Shown here one piece after another: positions 1-7,949 of a DNA stretch of 45,218 nt. Source of the stretch: an uncultured archaeon (lineage in GTDB: Archaea > Asgardarchaeota > Thorarchaeia > Thorarchaeales > Thorarchaeaceae); the NCBI GenBank assembly GCA_964610875.1, contig CAZSWP010000032.1, positions 1 through 45,218 of the forward strand, given 5' to 3'. A program made the position numbers and the translations under genes. Under the pieces are notes generated by a model. That model did no database searches, was not told where the DNA came from, and worked only from the letters and a program-made list of their open reading frames with translations. Position 1 is the first letter of the stretch, and each line of letters begins with the position of its first letter.

Positions 1-2
1 CC

Positions 3-191
3 TATCACTCCAAGTACTTCGAGCGGAAGAAACTGAGGGAGCAGTTACCTGATGACGTCATAGAGCGTGTAGCTAAGTCTTCCCTTGAGAGAGCTAGACA
101 GGAGTTTCCCGATGCGTGGTCACCACTGGAGAGTAGTTTTGCTGGTTCGATTCCCGTCATTGAGCAGGCTCTCATTCATGATTTTGTCTAG
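3..191 (+). CDS. 3' end of a hypothetical protein (truncated by window start)
   Basis: Frame 3 is open from the window edge (YHSKYFERKKLREQLPDD...ALIHDFV) to TAG at 189-191; no recognisable motif. Confidence 0.5.
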   Translation, partial: YHSKYFERKKLREQLPDDVIERVAKSSLERARQEFPDAWSPLESSFAGSIPVIEQALIHDFV

Positions 192-602
192 TATTCAAAG
201 TGTTTACGAGAAAGAACCCCCTTTTCGAACAGTGAATAATTAAGGGATATATGTTTCAGGCAGTGGTGACTTGATGAATTCAGGTTGAGTTAAAACCCGA
301 GGAAAACAATTTGACAGTAGCTACGAATAGTAGTACGGGAAACCGATAGAGGCATTGATGATTGCTGTAATGATTGCTGTAAATATGGACCTCTGCTTAC
401 AATGACCACTCTATACTTGGACAGCCTTTGCTAACGCATACTGAACTACCTTGCTCATGAATTGTTTGAGATGAATGCCCACAGTTGGGTCAATTGTAAA
501 CTTATCCGTGGAACTATCCAACTCTATGATGTTAGTGGGATTGAAAAGCTTGTTTCTTATAGCTTCATCAAATGCATATCAAGATAGTACGGTAAGAAAC
601 CT

Positions 603-875
603 TCATGATAACGATTGATTCGAGGGAGAATTGATTGGTCTATTTCTATATCCAACATGCCAGAAGGCGATGAGTGATACAATAGGTACAAACACAAAGA
701 CGAGTATGAACAAAGGCAAGTGTGCAGGGTTCTCAAAAACGTAACCTGCAACCTGTAGTGCTTCAGCTATCGCAAATACGACAAATGGAATAAGACATAG
801 GGAGTATTTCTTGAAATCAGAATCATTCTCAAATGAGATATTATTTCCCTCCTTAGGTCTGAGAAAGACTCTCAT
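603..875 (-). CDS. Small hypothetical membrane protein (2 TM)
   Basis: 90-aa ORF with two hydrophobic segments; 15 bp downstream of the co-oriented 891-1214 ORF. Confidence 0.5.
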   Translation of the reverse strand: MRVFLRPKEGNNISFENDSDFKKYSLCLIPFVVFAIAEALQVAGYVFENPAHLPLFILVFVFVPIVSLIAFWHVGYRNRPINSPSNQSLS

Positions 876-890
876 GCTTCACTTATCAAT

Positions 891-1214
891 TTATTCTGGT
901 TTCTCAGAGTCCTCCCTCTCTTTGTCTGAATATGCCTTGTGCGTTGCAGTCTTCTTCCTCTCTGTCTTCAGTCCTACGGGAAATGGTGCTTGAGAACCTC
1001 TTATCGTAGGAGTATACGAATAATCATACCCTCTTGTTCCCCCAAAACCATCAACTGAGTCTTCCTTTGGACTGGTCCTCTCAACCTTGGCAGATTGGGG
1101 TGAATTTCCAAAAGACAACGCTGCACAAATCATTACTATAGCAAAAAATACCACGAAAATGATGAGCTCTATTATTACGAATTGCATCATAGTTCTTCGT
1201 ATGAAATGATTCAT
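891..1214 (-). CDS. Small hypothetical membrane-anchored protein
   Basis: N-terminal TM (FVIIELIIFVVFFAIVMICAAL) followed by a hydrophilic low-complexity tail. Confidence 0.55.
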   Translation of the reverse strand: MNHFIRRTMMQFVIIELIIFVVFFAIVMICAALSFGNSPQSAKVERTSPKEDSVDGFGGTRGYDYSYTPTIRGSQAPFPVGLKTERKKTATHKAYSDKEREDSEKPE

Positions 1215-1242
1215 GTGAACACGTATAATCTTTTGTAAATTG

Positions 1243-1432
1243 ATGGGTTTCTAACAGCTACATGAAACCTAGACAAACCCGGATATGTTATGAAGTATCT
1301 TATATCCTTTGATACGAAATGCTATCATAGGTCAATTGACACCGCTGTGCTGACCCCACGGAGTGACGTTCCAGTGCCGTCCCTAGACAGACAAAGCTCC
1401 GGTGTCCAGATCTGTCCAGCTTACAATGAACG
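1243..1432 (+). repeat. Copy A of a dispersed ~185-nt structured non-coding element (candidate ncRNA or MITE-like element)
   Basis: 1329-1431 aligns with the reverse complement of 40649-40750 at about 83/103 identities (manual); both copies also share the 5' motifs ATGGGTT, ACAGCT, CTAGACA and TCTTATAT. Confidence 0.85.
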
Positions 1433-1450
1433 ATTTGAACAAAGAAAAGA

Positions 1451-1536
1451 TGGCGCTGAGGGAGAGATTTGAACTCTCGAGCGGAAACCGCACTGGATTA
1501 GCAATCCAGCTCCTTACCAGGCTGGGATACCTCAGC
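1451..1536 (-). tRNA. tRNA-Ser(GCT), CCA encoded
   Basis: Cloverleaf with acceptor GCTGAGG/CCTCAGC, anticodon arm CTGGA-TTGCTAA-TCCAG, long variable arm, T arm GAGAG-TTCAAAT-CTCTC, discriminator G and CCA. Confidence 0.97.
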
Positions 1537-1679
1537 ACGCGGTTCTGCGGGTTATAGTTTTCTCTTAAACATTACCGTGCGGTCCCATTGAAAGTAACTA
1601 ATCCTTGTGGAGTTTCCAGATTGTTTATATGGACACGTTCATAAAAAAATAACTACCTTTACAAAACAAGTAGTGGTAA

Positions 1680-2678
1680 GTGTGGTTGATGAGGTGTAAT
1701 TATCCTTTCATTGGATTTGTATTAGTTCTATTCGTGATTGTATCTAGCCCCTTTGTCCTCTCAGGAACTGCAATTCACGGTAGTCGCGGGAGCGGCACAC
1801 TAAGTCCGGGTGGGACCAGAGTAGATGATTTTTCAGGAGAAGTCGGTGGTATCATCGAAGGAGAGGTGATTCTCTCTGATGGTGAAGTGTTTTTGTACAT
1901 CCTACATGAGGATGATTATGACCCCGAAGACGGCACTATCAATGAACTTGCCTGTATAGTGCATGAACGAGCTTCTTATCATAGTTTTAGCTTTGAGGTT
2001 GAGAAAGCAGGTGATTGGTATATGATTCTGGAGAATCCCTGCACCTTTGACATAACCTACAACTACACTATACAAAGCATTGCAGCTTCTGAAATACCCA
2101 TCATAATGATCAGTTCATCTTTCCTCCCCGGTTTAATCGTTATTCTTTCCATTCTCTTTGTGGGAATGGTACGTAGAGGTCCAATCGAGAAGGGCAATAA
2201 AAAATTGGAATCAACCACACTAATTAGTGGTCTCACCCTCCTAATCCTCGTCTTCATACTGCCTTTTCATATCGAACATGAGTATTACTCCGAAAGCAAC
2301 GTGACCACTGAGATTGTATCCGTATTTTGGACTCTGTTGATACAGGATGGTGGTATTGAGATTGTACTGAATGCCAGAACGAATCCCTTCTGGTGGATAT
2401 CAATACTTTTCATAATGGGTCCTCTGTTGATGCTTCCCTTTACAATGGTATCTTATTATCAGGGAAGGCTGAGTTTTCGTCGAACCATAATCATTGGCAT
2501 CCTTACTCATTCTTTTCTCATCTTTGGCCTTATATCGACTCTCTTGGCAAGTGTGAGTGGTATGGTACAGGCATTCATGGTCCCCCTCCCAGTGCTTCTT
2601 TTCATCTATCTTGGATTACTCTTCATCTTACCAAGAACCAAATTCCTTGAGAACAAATCTGTTGACACTATTGCTTGA
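1680..2678 (+). CDS. Multi-pass membrane protein with an extracellular beta-rich (GOLD/p24-like) domain
   Basis: Signal peptide, then a ~105-aa acidic beta-rich domain (SFSFEVEKAGDWYMILEN), then ~5 TM helices. Confidence 0.7.
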   Translation: MWLMRCNYPFIGFVLVLFVIVSSPFVLSGTAIHGSRGSGTLSPGGTRVDDFSGEVGGIIEGEVILSDGEVFLYILHEDDYDPEDGTINELACIVHERASYHSFSFEVEKAGDWYMILENPCTFDITYNYTIQSIAASEIPIIMISSSFLPGLIVILSILFVGMVRRGPIEKGNKKLESTTLISGLTLLILVFILPFHIEHEYYSESNVTTEIVSVFWTLLIQDGGIEIVLNARTNPFWWISILFIMGPLLMLPFTMVSYYQGRLSFRRTIIIGILTHSFLIFGLISTLLASVSGMVQAFMVPLPVLLFIYLGLLFILPRTKFLENKSVDTIA

Positions 2679-2701
2679 TGAAAAAGGAGTACCAATAAAG
2701 G

Positions 2702-3017
2702 TGCGACGGCTCCTCTATTTCGGGTGTCGTTATTCGGCGGGCAGATCAGTGCATTTCTCAGAGCAGCTACCTCTGAGGCTCCACCACTCTCCCTTAGAGC
2801 TGTTCCCGCCAGGGCCTGACTCGGTTCGGGAGTCTGAGCAAGCTCACAACTGTCCTACGACCGTTGCTGCCGCCGTGACAGACTTCAGAGACCGCTCGTC
2901 AACGTCTTGCAACTGGACCCACCGAGGTCCCGGTTCACTCTCAATGTTGGTTACTGGCTCCGGTTATTGCCATACCGGTCACAGGCCGCGGCAAACGGCC
3001 CAGCCCTACCCGTCGCA
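2702..3017 (-). ncRNA. ffs: Archaeal signal recognition particle (7S) RNA
   Basis: Ends pair (TGCGACGG/CCGTCGCA); Alu domain with UGUGA motif and complementary loops (UUGCC/GGCAA); helix 6 GUAG tetraloop; helix 8 CAGGCCC-N4-GGGAACAGC; ~316 nt. Confidence 0.92.
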
Positions 3018-3064
3018 AGTGAATTACTTGAAAATTCGCCTAAAAACGTTGTCAATCGGCCATG

Positions 3065-4846
3065 TTAGACAAAAGCACCTGCATCTCGCTTGATCTGAAC
3101 AATCTCATCATAGACCTCAATCTCTGGTTGGGTCAGTTCATCCATGAACTTCTTGCGAATCTGGAGAATATGTTTGTCAGGCATATCTACATAGAGTACC
3201 TCATCATCCTTAATCTGGCGTCCAATGGTTGGCCCCCGTATAGAAACTGCTACTTCCATCCCAGTGGTTGCTTCATCGATATTCACACTTCTATCCTGTA
3301 TCTGCATGATAGTACCAATCCTACGCCCATCAGAGTTCATCAACATGATTCTTGGTGTGATTCTACCGTGAACACGCACTCCTACTACTGCCGGTTTACT
3401 CTGTCTGAACACATATTCAGGAATCAACTCGATCTTACCCGGTCGTATGATGGAACTGAGTGATTCTGCTTTCGCCTGTTCACTCTTCACAATATACCAT
3501 GCATGATAATCGTCGTACAATCGATAAATGACATCACTAAGAAATACTTCAACACCATATTCCGCAGCCAGCTCTTCAATATCTGGTGCAAATTTGACAT
3601 TGAATCCAAGAACAACTGCATTCAACGGATCTGTGTCACCTGCAGCATGAGCTTCGATTATGTCCCGTTTGACTATTGGGCCTACATCTGCAATTCTCAC
3701 AGGAACTTTGCGTTCTTGTAGAAACTGTGTCACTGCTTCAAGAGACCCCAATGTGTCCGTCTTTACAACAATACCCGATCTATCAGTTTGGATTCGAATA
3801 GCACTAATCTCTTTTCGTACCTTTTCTCTCATCTCTTCGAGTTTTTCAGGGTCTGATACTGCATAGACTGGTGCTCCTGCGACTGCTCCATGAATATCTG
3901 GTGATACGATCTTGACACCAGCTGCGGCATGCACTTCATCTACCTGAGTAAATTTCTCCTTAGGGTCTCTTATCTCATCAAGTTCCTTTGGTTGCATCAA
4001 CGCTCTAATCTTTGCTACAATCACATCATCCAGACCACCAATGACTACGGTGTCCGTCTTTTTGAGTACCCCATCATAGATGATAGTATCTAATGTGACT
4101 CCCAGTCCTGTTTCTTCCCGGACTTCAAGAATTGCTCCTTTGGCAGGACCTTCTGACACAGTGAGACGGTCTTTCATGTACTGTTGAGTTAGACCTGACA
4201 ACACCATCAAAAGTTCCGGTATTCCCTCTCCAGTTATCGCACTAGTGGGCACAATTGCTACATTCTTCTTGAAGTCTTTTACCCTGTCAAAACGTTCAGA
4301 CATGATATTGTTGGCAGATAAGGCTCCTACAATCTCATAGATTCGTCTGTCGATATCTGCTTGAACTGACTTATTTTGAGATTTAATTGCCTGCATGAGG
4401 GGCATATCTGATTTACGTTGCCATCCTGGTATTTTGTCAAGCTTGTTTGCCGCAATCAAGAAAGGTGTCTTCCCAGATCTCAATATTTTCAATGACTCAT
4501 AGGTCTGTGTCAAGGCGCCTTCGGTAATGTCCACAACAAGAATTGCAATGTCTGCAATAGCGCCACCTCTTCTTCTCAGATTGAGATAAGCCTCATGTCC
4601 TGGAGTGTCAATAAACAAAAGTCCATCAATTGTCAGTTCGGTGTTAATTGCCTTCAAGAGATGTCCACAAATGGAAATGATGGTTTCTGTGGGGAAATAA
4701 GAAGCTCCAATATGTTGTGTAATCCCGGCAGCTTCTCTACTTTGAACACCAGTCCCTCGCATCTTATCAAGAAGTGAGGTCTTACCATGATCGATATGAC
4801 CAAGGACAGTAACAATTGGGGAACGTAATTTTGCTTTCTCTGCCAA
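3065..4846 (-). CDS. infB: Translation initiation factor aIF5B (IF-2)
   Basis: LRSPIVTVLGHIDHGKT, DTPGHEA and NKLD motifs; GAGGTG SD before the TTG start. Confidence 0.97.
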   Translation of the reverse strand: MAEKAKLRSPIVTVLGHIDHGKTSLLDKMRGTGVQSREAAGITQHIGASYFPTETIISICGHLLKAINTELTIDGLLFIDTPGHEAYLNLRRRGGAIADIAILVVDITEGALTQTYESLKILRSGKTPFLIAANKLDKIPGWQRKSDMPLMQAIKSQNKSVQADIDRRIYEIVGALSANNIMSERFDRVKDFKKNVAIVPTSAITGEGIPELLMVLSGLTQQYMKDRLTVSEGPAKGAILEVREETGLGVTLDTIIYDGVLKKTDTVVIGGLDDVIVAKIRALMQPKELDEIRDPKEKFTQVDEVHAAAGVKIVSPDIHGAVAGAPVYAVSDPEKLEEMREKVRKEISAIRIQTDRSGIVVKTDTLGSLEAVTQFLQERKVPVRIADVGPIVKRDIIEAHAAGDTDPLNAVVLGFNVKFAPDIEELAAEYGVEVFLSDVIYRLYDDYHAWYIVKSEQAKAESLSSIIRPGKIELIPEYVFRQSKPAVVGVRVHGRITPRIMLMNSDGRRIGTIMQIQDRSVNIDEATTGMEVAVSIRGPTIGRQIKDDEVLYVDMPDKHILQIRKKFMDELTQPEIEVYDEIVQIKRDAGAFV

Positions 4847-5019
4847 GATTGAACACCTCGAAGAAGCCTCACTGCCTGCAATTTATCAATACATATGAAA
4901 CTGTCGTTTGGTCAACAGCATTTACCGAGCTGTCACAAGCCTAAAATAACTATCATTTTGGAGCAGGCATATCAAAGACACAGCATTCCGTGTTGAAGAC
5001 TACAAATTGGTGATTAGAT

Positions 5020-5685
5020 TTGGAACGGTCATTAGTTATCATAAAACCCGATGGAACAGTTCGTAGAACAGTGAGTGCAATCGTATTGAAGGAATTTCTT
5101 GATAAAGGATTCAAACCTGTTGCTTTCAAAGAGATGAAAGTACCCGAGTTTCTAGCCAAGATGCACTATGATGTGCATAAGGAGAAACCATTCTTTCCAT
5201 GGCTAGTGGATTTCATTTCCTCAGCACCAGTTCTCACTATGATATTAGAGGCTGAAGATGTGATACAGGGAGTACGTGATGCACTTGGTGCCACGTTTGT
5301 ACAGGAGGCTTCTCCCAACACACTACGAGGAAAATACGGTATCTGGGCAGGAATCAATATTGCCCATGCATCGGACGCTCCTGAAACTGCTGCTAAGGAA
5401 ATTAATCTCTGGACAAGTGAGAGTGAGTTGAAGGAGTCATCTGATGCAGAAGAAGAAGCTAGAACATACATAAGAAAATATGGATCGGGTGATGCAGACT
5501 ATACAATGGAGATTCGTGGTATAGTAAAAAGCGCTATTGAGAACAAGGACCAGTCGGAAGAGGTTCTTTCATCTTTGAAAAACCTTCTCGGAAAAGATGC
5601 AGAAGGTATACCCGAAAGTCAAGTTTCTACCCTTGCTGAAGTCATTTTTGATTTTGTAATCGAAGAGATTGAAAAAACAGAATAG
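5020..5685 (+). CDS. ndk: Nucleoside diphosphate kinase with C-terminal extension
   Basis: IIKPDG, HYDVHKEKPFF, TLRGKYG and catalytic NIAHASD motifs; ~85 extra C-terminal residues. Confidence 0.92.
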   Translation: MERSLVIIKPDGTVRRTVSAIVLKEFLDKGFKPVAFKEMKVPEFLAKMHYDVHKEKPFFPWLVDFISSAPVLTMILEAEDVIQGVRDALGATFVQEASPNTLRGKYGIWAGINIAHASDAPETAAKEINLWTSESELKESSDAEEEARTYIRKYGSGDADYTMEIRGIVKSAIENKDQSEEVLSSLKNLLGKDAEGIPESQVSTLAEVIFDFVIEEIEKTE

Positions 5686-5692
5686 AAACGAA

Positions 5693-5713
5693 AGGTGGCA
5701 GACTATGCCACCT
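5693..5713. terminator. Hairpin between convergent ndk and rpl24e
   Basis: AGGTGGCA-GACTA-TGCCACCT, a perfect 8-bp stem in the convergent intergenic gap. Confidence 0.55.
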
Positions 5714-5740
5714 ATCTCATTATTTGAAGGCTAAAGCAAC

Positions 5741-5944
5741 TTAACGTCGCTTGGCTTTGCCACCCTTTTCGTAGCCTTCAGTCCATTTAGTATCCCTAGG
5801 TTTCATCTTACGTTTTATCCTAGCAGTCTTGCACTTATTTGAACAGAACCACTGAACTGAGCCATCCTTTGTCTGCACAAAGGCAATACCGGTGCCTGGT
5901 TCAATGTCCTTCCCACAGAAGGTGCAGCGTTGGGTTCCCACCAT
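5741..5944 (-). CDS. rpl24e: 50S ribosomal protein L24e
   Basis: CTFCGKDIEPGTG...FCSNKC zinc motif, PRDTKWT. Confidence 0.96.
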   Translation of the reverse strand: MVGTQRCTFCGKDIEPGTGIAFVQTKDGSVQWFCSNKCKTARIKRKMKPRDTKWTEGYEKGGKAKRR

Positions 5945-5999
5945 CCTCAGTTCACCTCAGAGTATATTGTCATTGATAGATGATTCACAACCATTTCAC

Positions 6000-6218
6000 C
6001 TAGCGCCTCCTCATTTTACGTGCTTCACGTTCGGTTTCTCTCAAGATGAGAATATCTCCCAAACGCACCGGGCCCTTGACATTACGGGTCAGGACACGCC
6101 CTTTGTCCCTGCCATCAAGGATTTTCACTCGGACTTGAGTTATCTCCCCTGTCACTCCAGTCCGTCCTAACAACTGGATGACTTCTGCAGGGATTGCAGG
6201 ACTTGCTTCTTCACTCAT
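6000..6218 (-). CDS. rps28e: 30S ribosomal protein S28e
   Basis: [14 protein letters not shown]...[23 protein letters not shown]. Confidence 0.97.
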   Translation of the reverse strand: MSEEASPAIPAEVIQLLGRTGVTGEITQVRVKILDGRDKGRVLTRNVKGPVRLGDILILRETEREARKMRRR

Positions 6219-6238
6219 TGACCATCATCACCTGGGTT

Positions 6239-6613
6239 CTACTTACGTAGGCCGCCAATCTTGTCAACAATATCTGTGACCAAATCCTTGGCTTTTCCTT
6301 CAACTACAATGGCAACAGCTGCTGTTGGACGTTCGATTCCAGCGGCATTGCCAAGATTTTTCTTACTTGGAACATAGATGTATGGCGCTTTCTTGTCATC
6401 ACAGAGACCTGGCATATACATGGTGATCTCTGGCGGTTCGACATCCTCTGCAATGAGTACTAACCGTGCTATTCCTCGCTCAATACTCTTTGTAGCCTCA
6501 TTAATTCCCTTCTTGATTCTGCCAGTATCTTTGGCAATCTCAAGGGCTTCAAGTGCTTTCTTTTGAATCTCTTCAGTAGCTTCCCAATCTACAAAACTCG
6601 GTTTTGGCATCAC
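6239..6613 (-). CDS. rpl7ae: 50S ribosomal protein L7Ae
   Basis: KKGINEATKSIERG, IAEDVEPPEI, LGNAAG. Confidence 0.97.
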   Translation of the reverse strand: MMPKPSFVDWEATEEIQKKALEALEIAKDTGRIKKGINEATKSIERGIARLVLIAEDVEPPEITMYMPGLCDDKKAPYIYVPSKKNLGNAAGIERPTAAVAIVVEGKAKDLVTDIVDKIGGLRK

Positions 6614-6617
6614 TGTC

Positions 6618-6644
6618 TACCTCAGTTTTCTTACTTCATTGGTA
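6618..6644 (-). promoter_or_regulatory. Kink-turn in the rpl7ae 5' UTR overlapping the SD (autoregulatory site)
   Basis: Minus strand reads UACC-AAU-GA-AGU-aagaaa-ACU-GA-GGUA: C-stem, 3-nt bulge, tandem G.A/A.G pairs and NC stem; GAGGU is the SD. Confidence 0.8.
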
Positions 6645-6747
6645 TTCAGTACTTATCGTATGAATACAGATTTAACACATCGAATGAATGCGTCTGGTGG
6701 CGCTCTTCATAAGTTCTTTTAAAACTGTCGAACTGACTGTTCTCTCA

Positions 6748-7776
6748 TCAATATTTCAGTATATCAATTGCATCCAGAAGAGCCTCATCACTAGCATCAA
6801 TATGCTTGAGAATTGAATATCTGCCACGTTTTTCCATTATTTTAAGGGCATGATGAATGTCGTCCAAGAACATAGCCTTCGTCATATCAAGCTCTTTGAG
6901 CTCTACTGGCATCCTATGACCTACCAGAAATTCTCTAATCTTCATTGGAGAGTGATTTCCATATTCTGTCTTCTCAAGAAAATGCAGCACCAATGGTGTG
7001 GCAAAAGCGACCTGCAGTCCATGCAGACTAGGAACTCTTCGATCCATCGCATGTGAGATTGCATGCTCTGTTCCTGAACATGGTCTTGAACTACCGAAAT
7101 CAGCCATTGCATTTCCTGTTTCAATGATTGCTCTAACAAGGGTTTCTAGACTCGTATCTTTAAGAATGACATCAAGAGCATTTCTCACACAATCATATAC
7201 ACCCTGGTCGAATGTTTCATTTGCGACTTCGTGTGCCAGCTTCCACTCTGCAAGACTCGAAGTCTTACAGATTATATCGCCGATTCCTGAAAGTGTAAGG
7301 ATTTTTGGCGCAGTTGATATGATTTCTAGGTCTGCAAGAATTAGATTCGGTTTCTTGCATTTTTTGGAATATCTGTAACCATTTTGCATGACAGAAGCAA
7401 CATCACTTGCGATACCATCGTGCGATGCGGCAGTTGGCACTGATATCCATTCAAGTCCTGCCTCGATTGACAGTATCTTTGCTAAATCGATACTTTTTCC
7501 TCCTCCAAACCCGACGATTATGTCTACTTTTGGATACTGAGAAACCATTCCTTTTTGAAAATCTGGTGAGATCGCCCATACGACATCGGCATCAACAAGA
7601 CTCTCTATCAGTCCACGATATTTATCATAAATCACAACATCTGTCACAATGAGCGGTTTCTTATAGAAACTAAGAACTTCATTGAGCTTTTCTATGGCCC
7701 CCTCTGAAATAATCATGTTATTATCACAAACAGGGACCAATGCTTTTCCGCTCCTAGTTTGCGAGTTATCTCTCAT
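6748..7776 (-). CDS. egsA: sn-glycerol-1-phosphate dehydrogenase
   Basis: GFGGGKSID, PTAASHDGIAS, SSRPCSGTEHAISHA and LHGLQV motifs. Confidence 0.88.
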   Translation of the reverse strand: MRDNSQTRSGKALVPVCDNNMIISEGAIEKLNEVLSFYKKPLIVTDVVIYDKYRGLIESLVDADVVWAISPDFQKGMVSQYPKVDIIVGFGGGKSIDLAKILSIEAGLEWISVPTAASHDGIASDVASVMQNGYRYSKKCKKPNLILADLEIISTAPKILTLSGIGDIICKTSSLAEWKLAHEVANETFDQGVYDCVRNALDVILKDTSLETLVRAIIETGNAMADFGSSRPCSGTEHAISHAMDRRVPSLHGLQVAFATPLVLHFLEKTEYGNHSPMKIREFLVGHRMPVELKELDMTKAMFLDDIHHALKIMEKRGRYSILKHIDASDEALLDAIDILKY

Positions 7777-7949
7777 TGTTAAGGTCTTCTATCCGGCGCT
7801 AAATATATCATAATATCAACATAACACATCACGATTATGTAGGTCTTCTTTAGGCGCGAATCTGACAAGAAGTTAGTGTTACCACGACAATACTACAGCT
7901 GATATGTTTGGTATACTCCCTTTGTTCAAGGACGATAGAGGTCATCTCT

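Noticed and set aside
358-381. (ATGATTGCTGTA)x2 as a CRISPR or functional repeat
   Set aside because: Only two adjacent units with no spacer; no array or cas gene in the window
411-605. Frame of the 603-875 ORF continues past two TGA codons (possible Sec readthrough)
   Set aside because: No selenoprotein-like context or recognisable SECIS; chance or gene decay is more likely
1290-1472. 60-aa ORF (and 102-aa ORF at 40517-40825) over the repeated element
   Set aside because: The two copies differ by a frameshifting indel, substitutions are not biased to third positions, and the ORFs overlap a tRNA or a CDS
2701-2710. GTGCG resembling a group II intron 5' end
   Set aside because: It is one strand of the SRP RNA terminal helix; no domain V or RT gene
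2557-3093. 178-aa + strand ORF
   Set aside because: Antisense to the SRP RNA and overlaps two real genes; no protein-like composition
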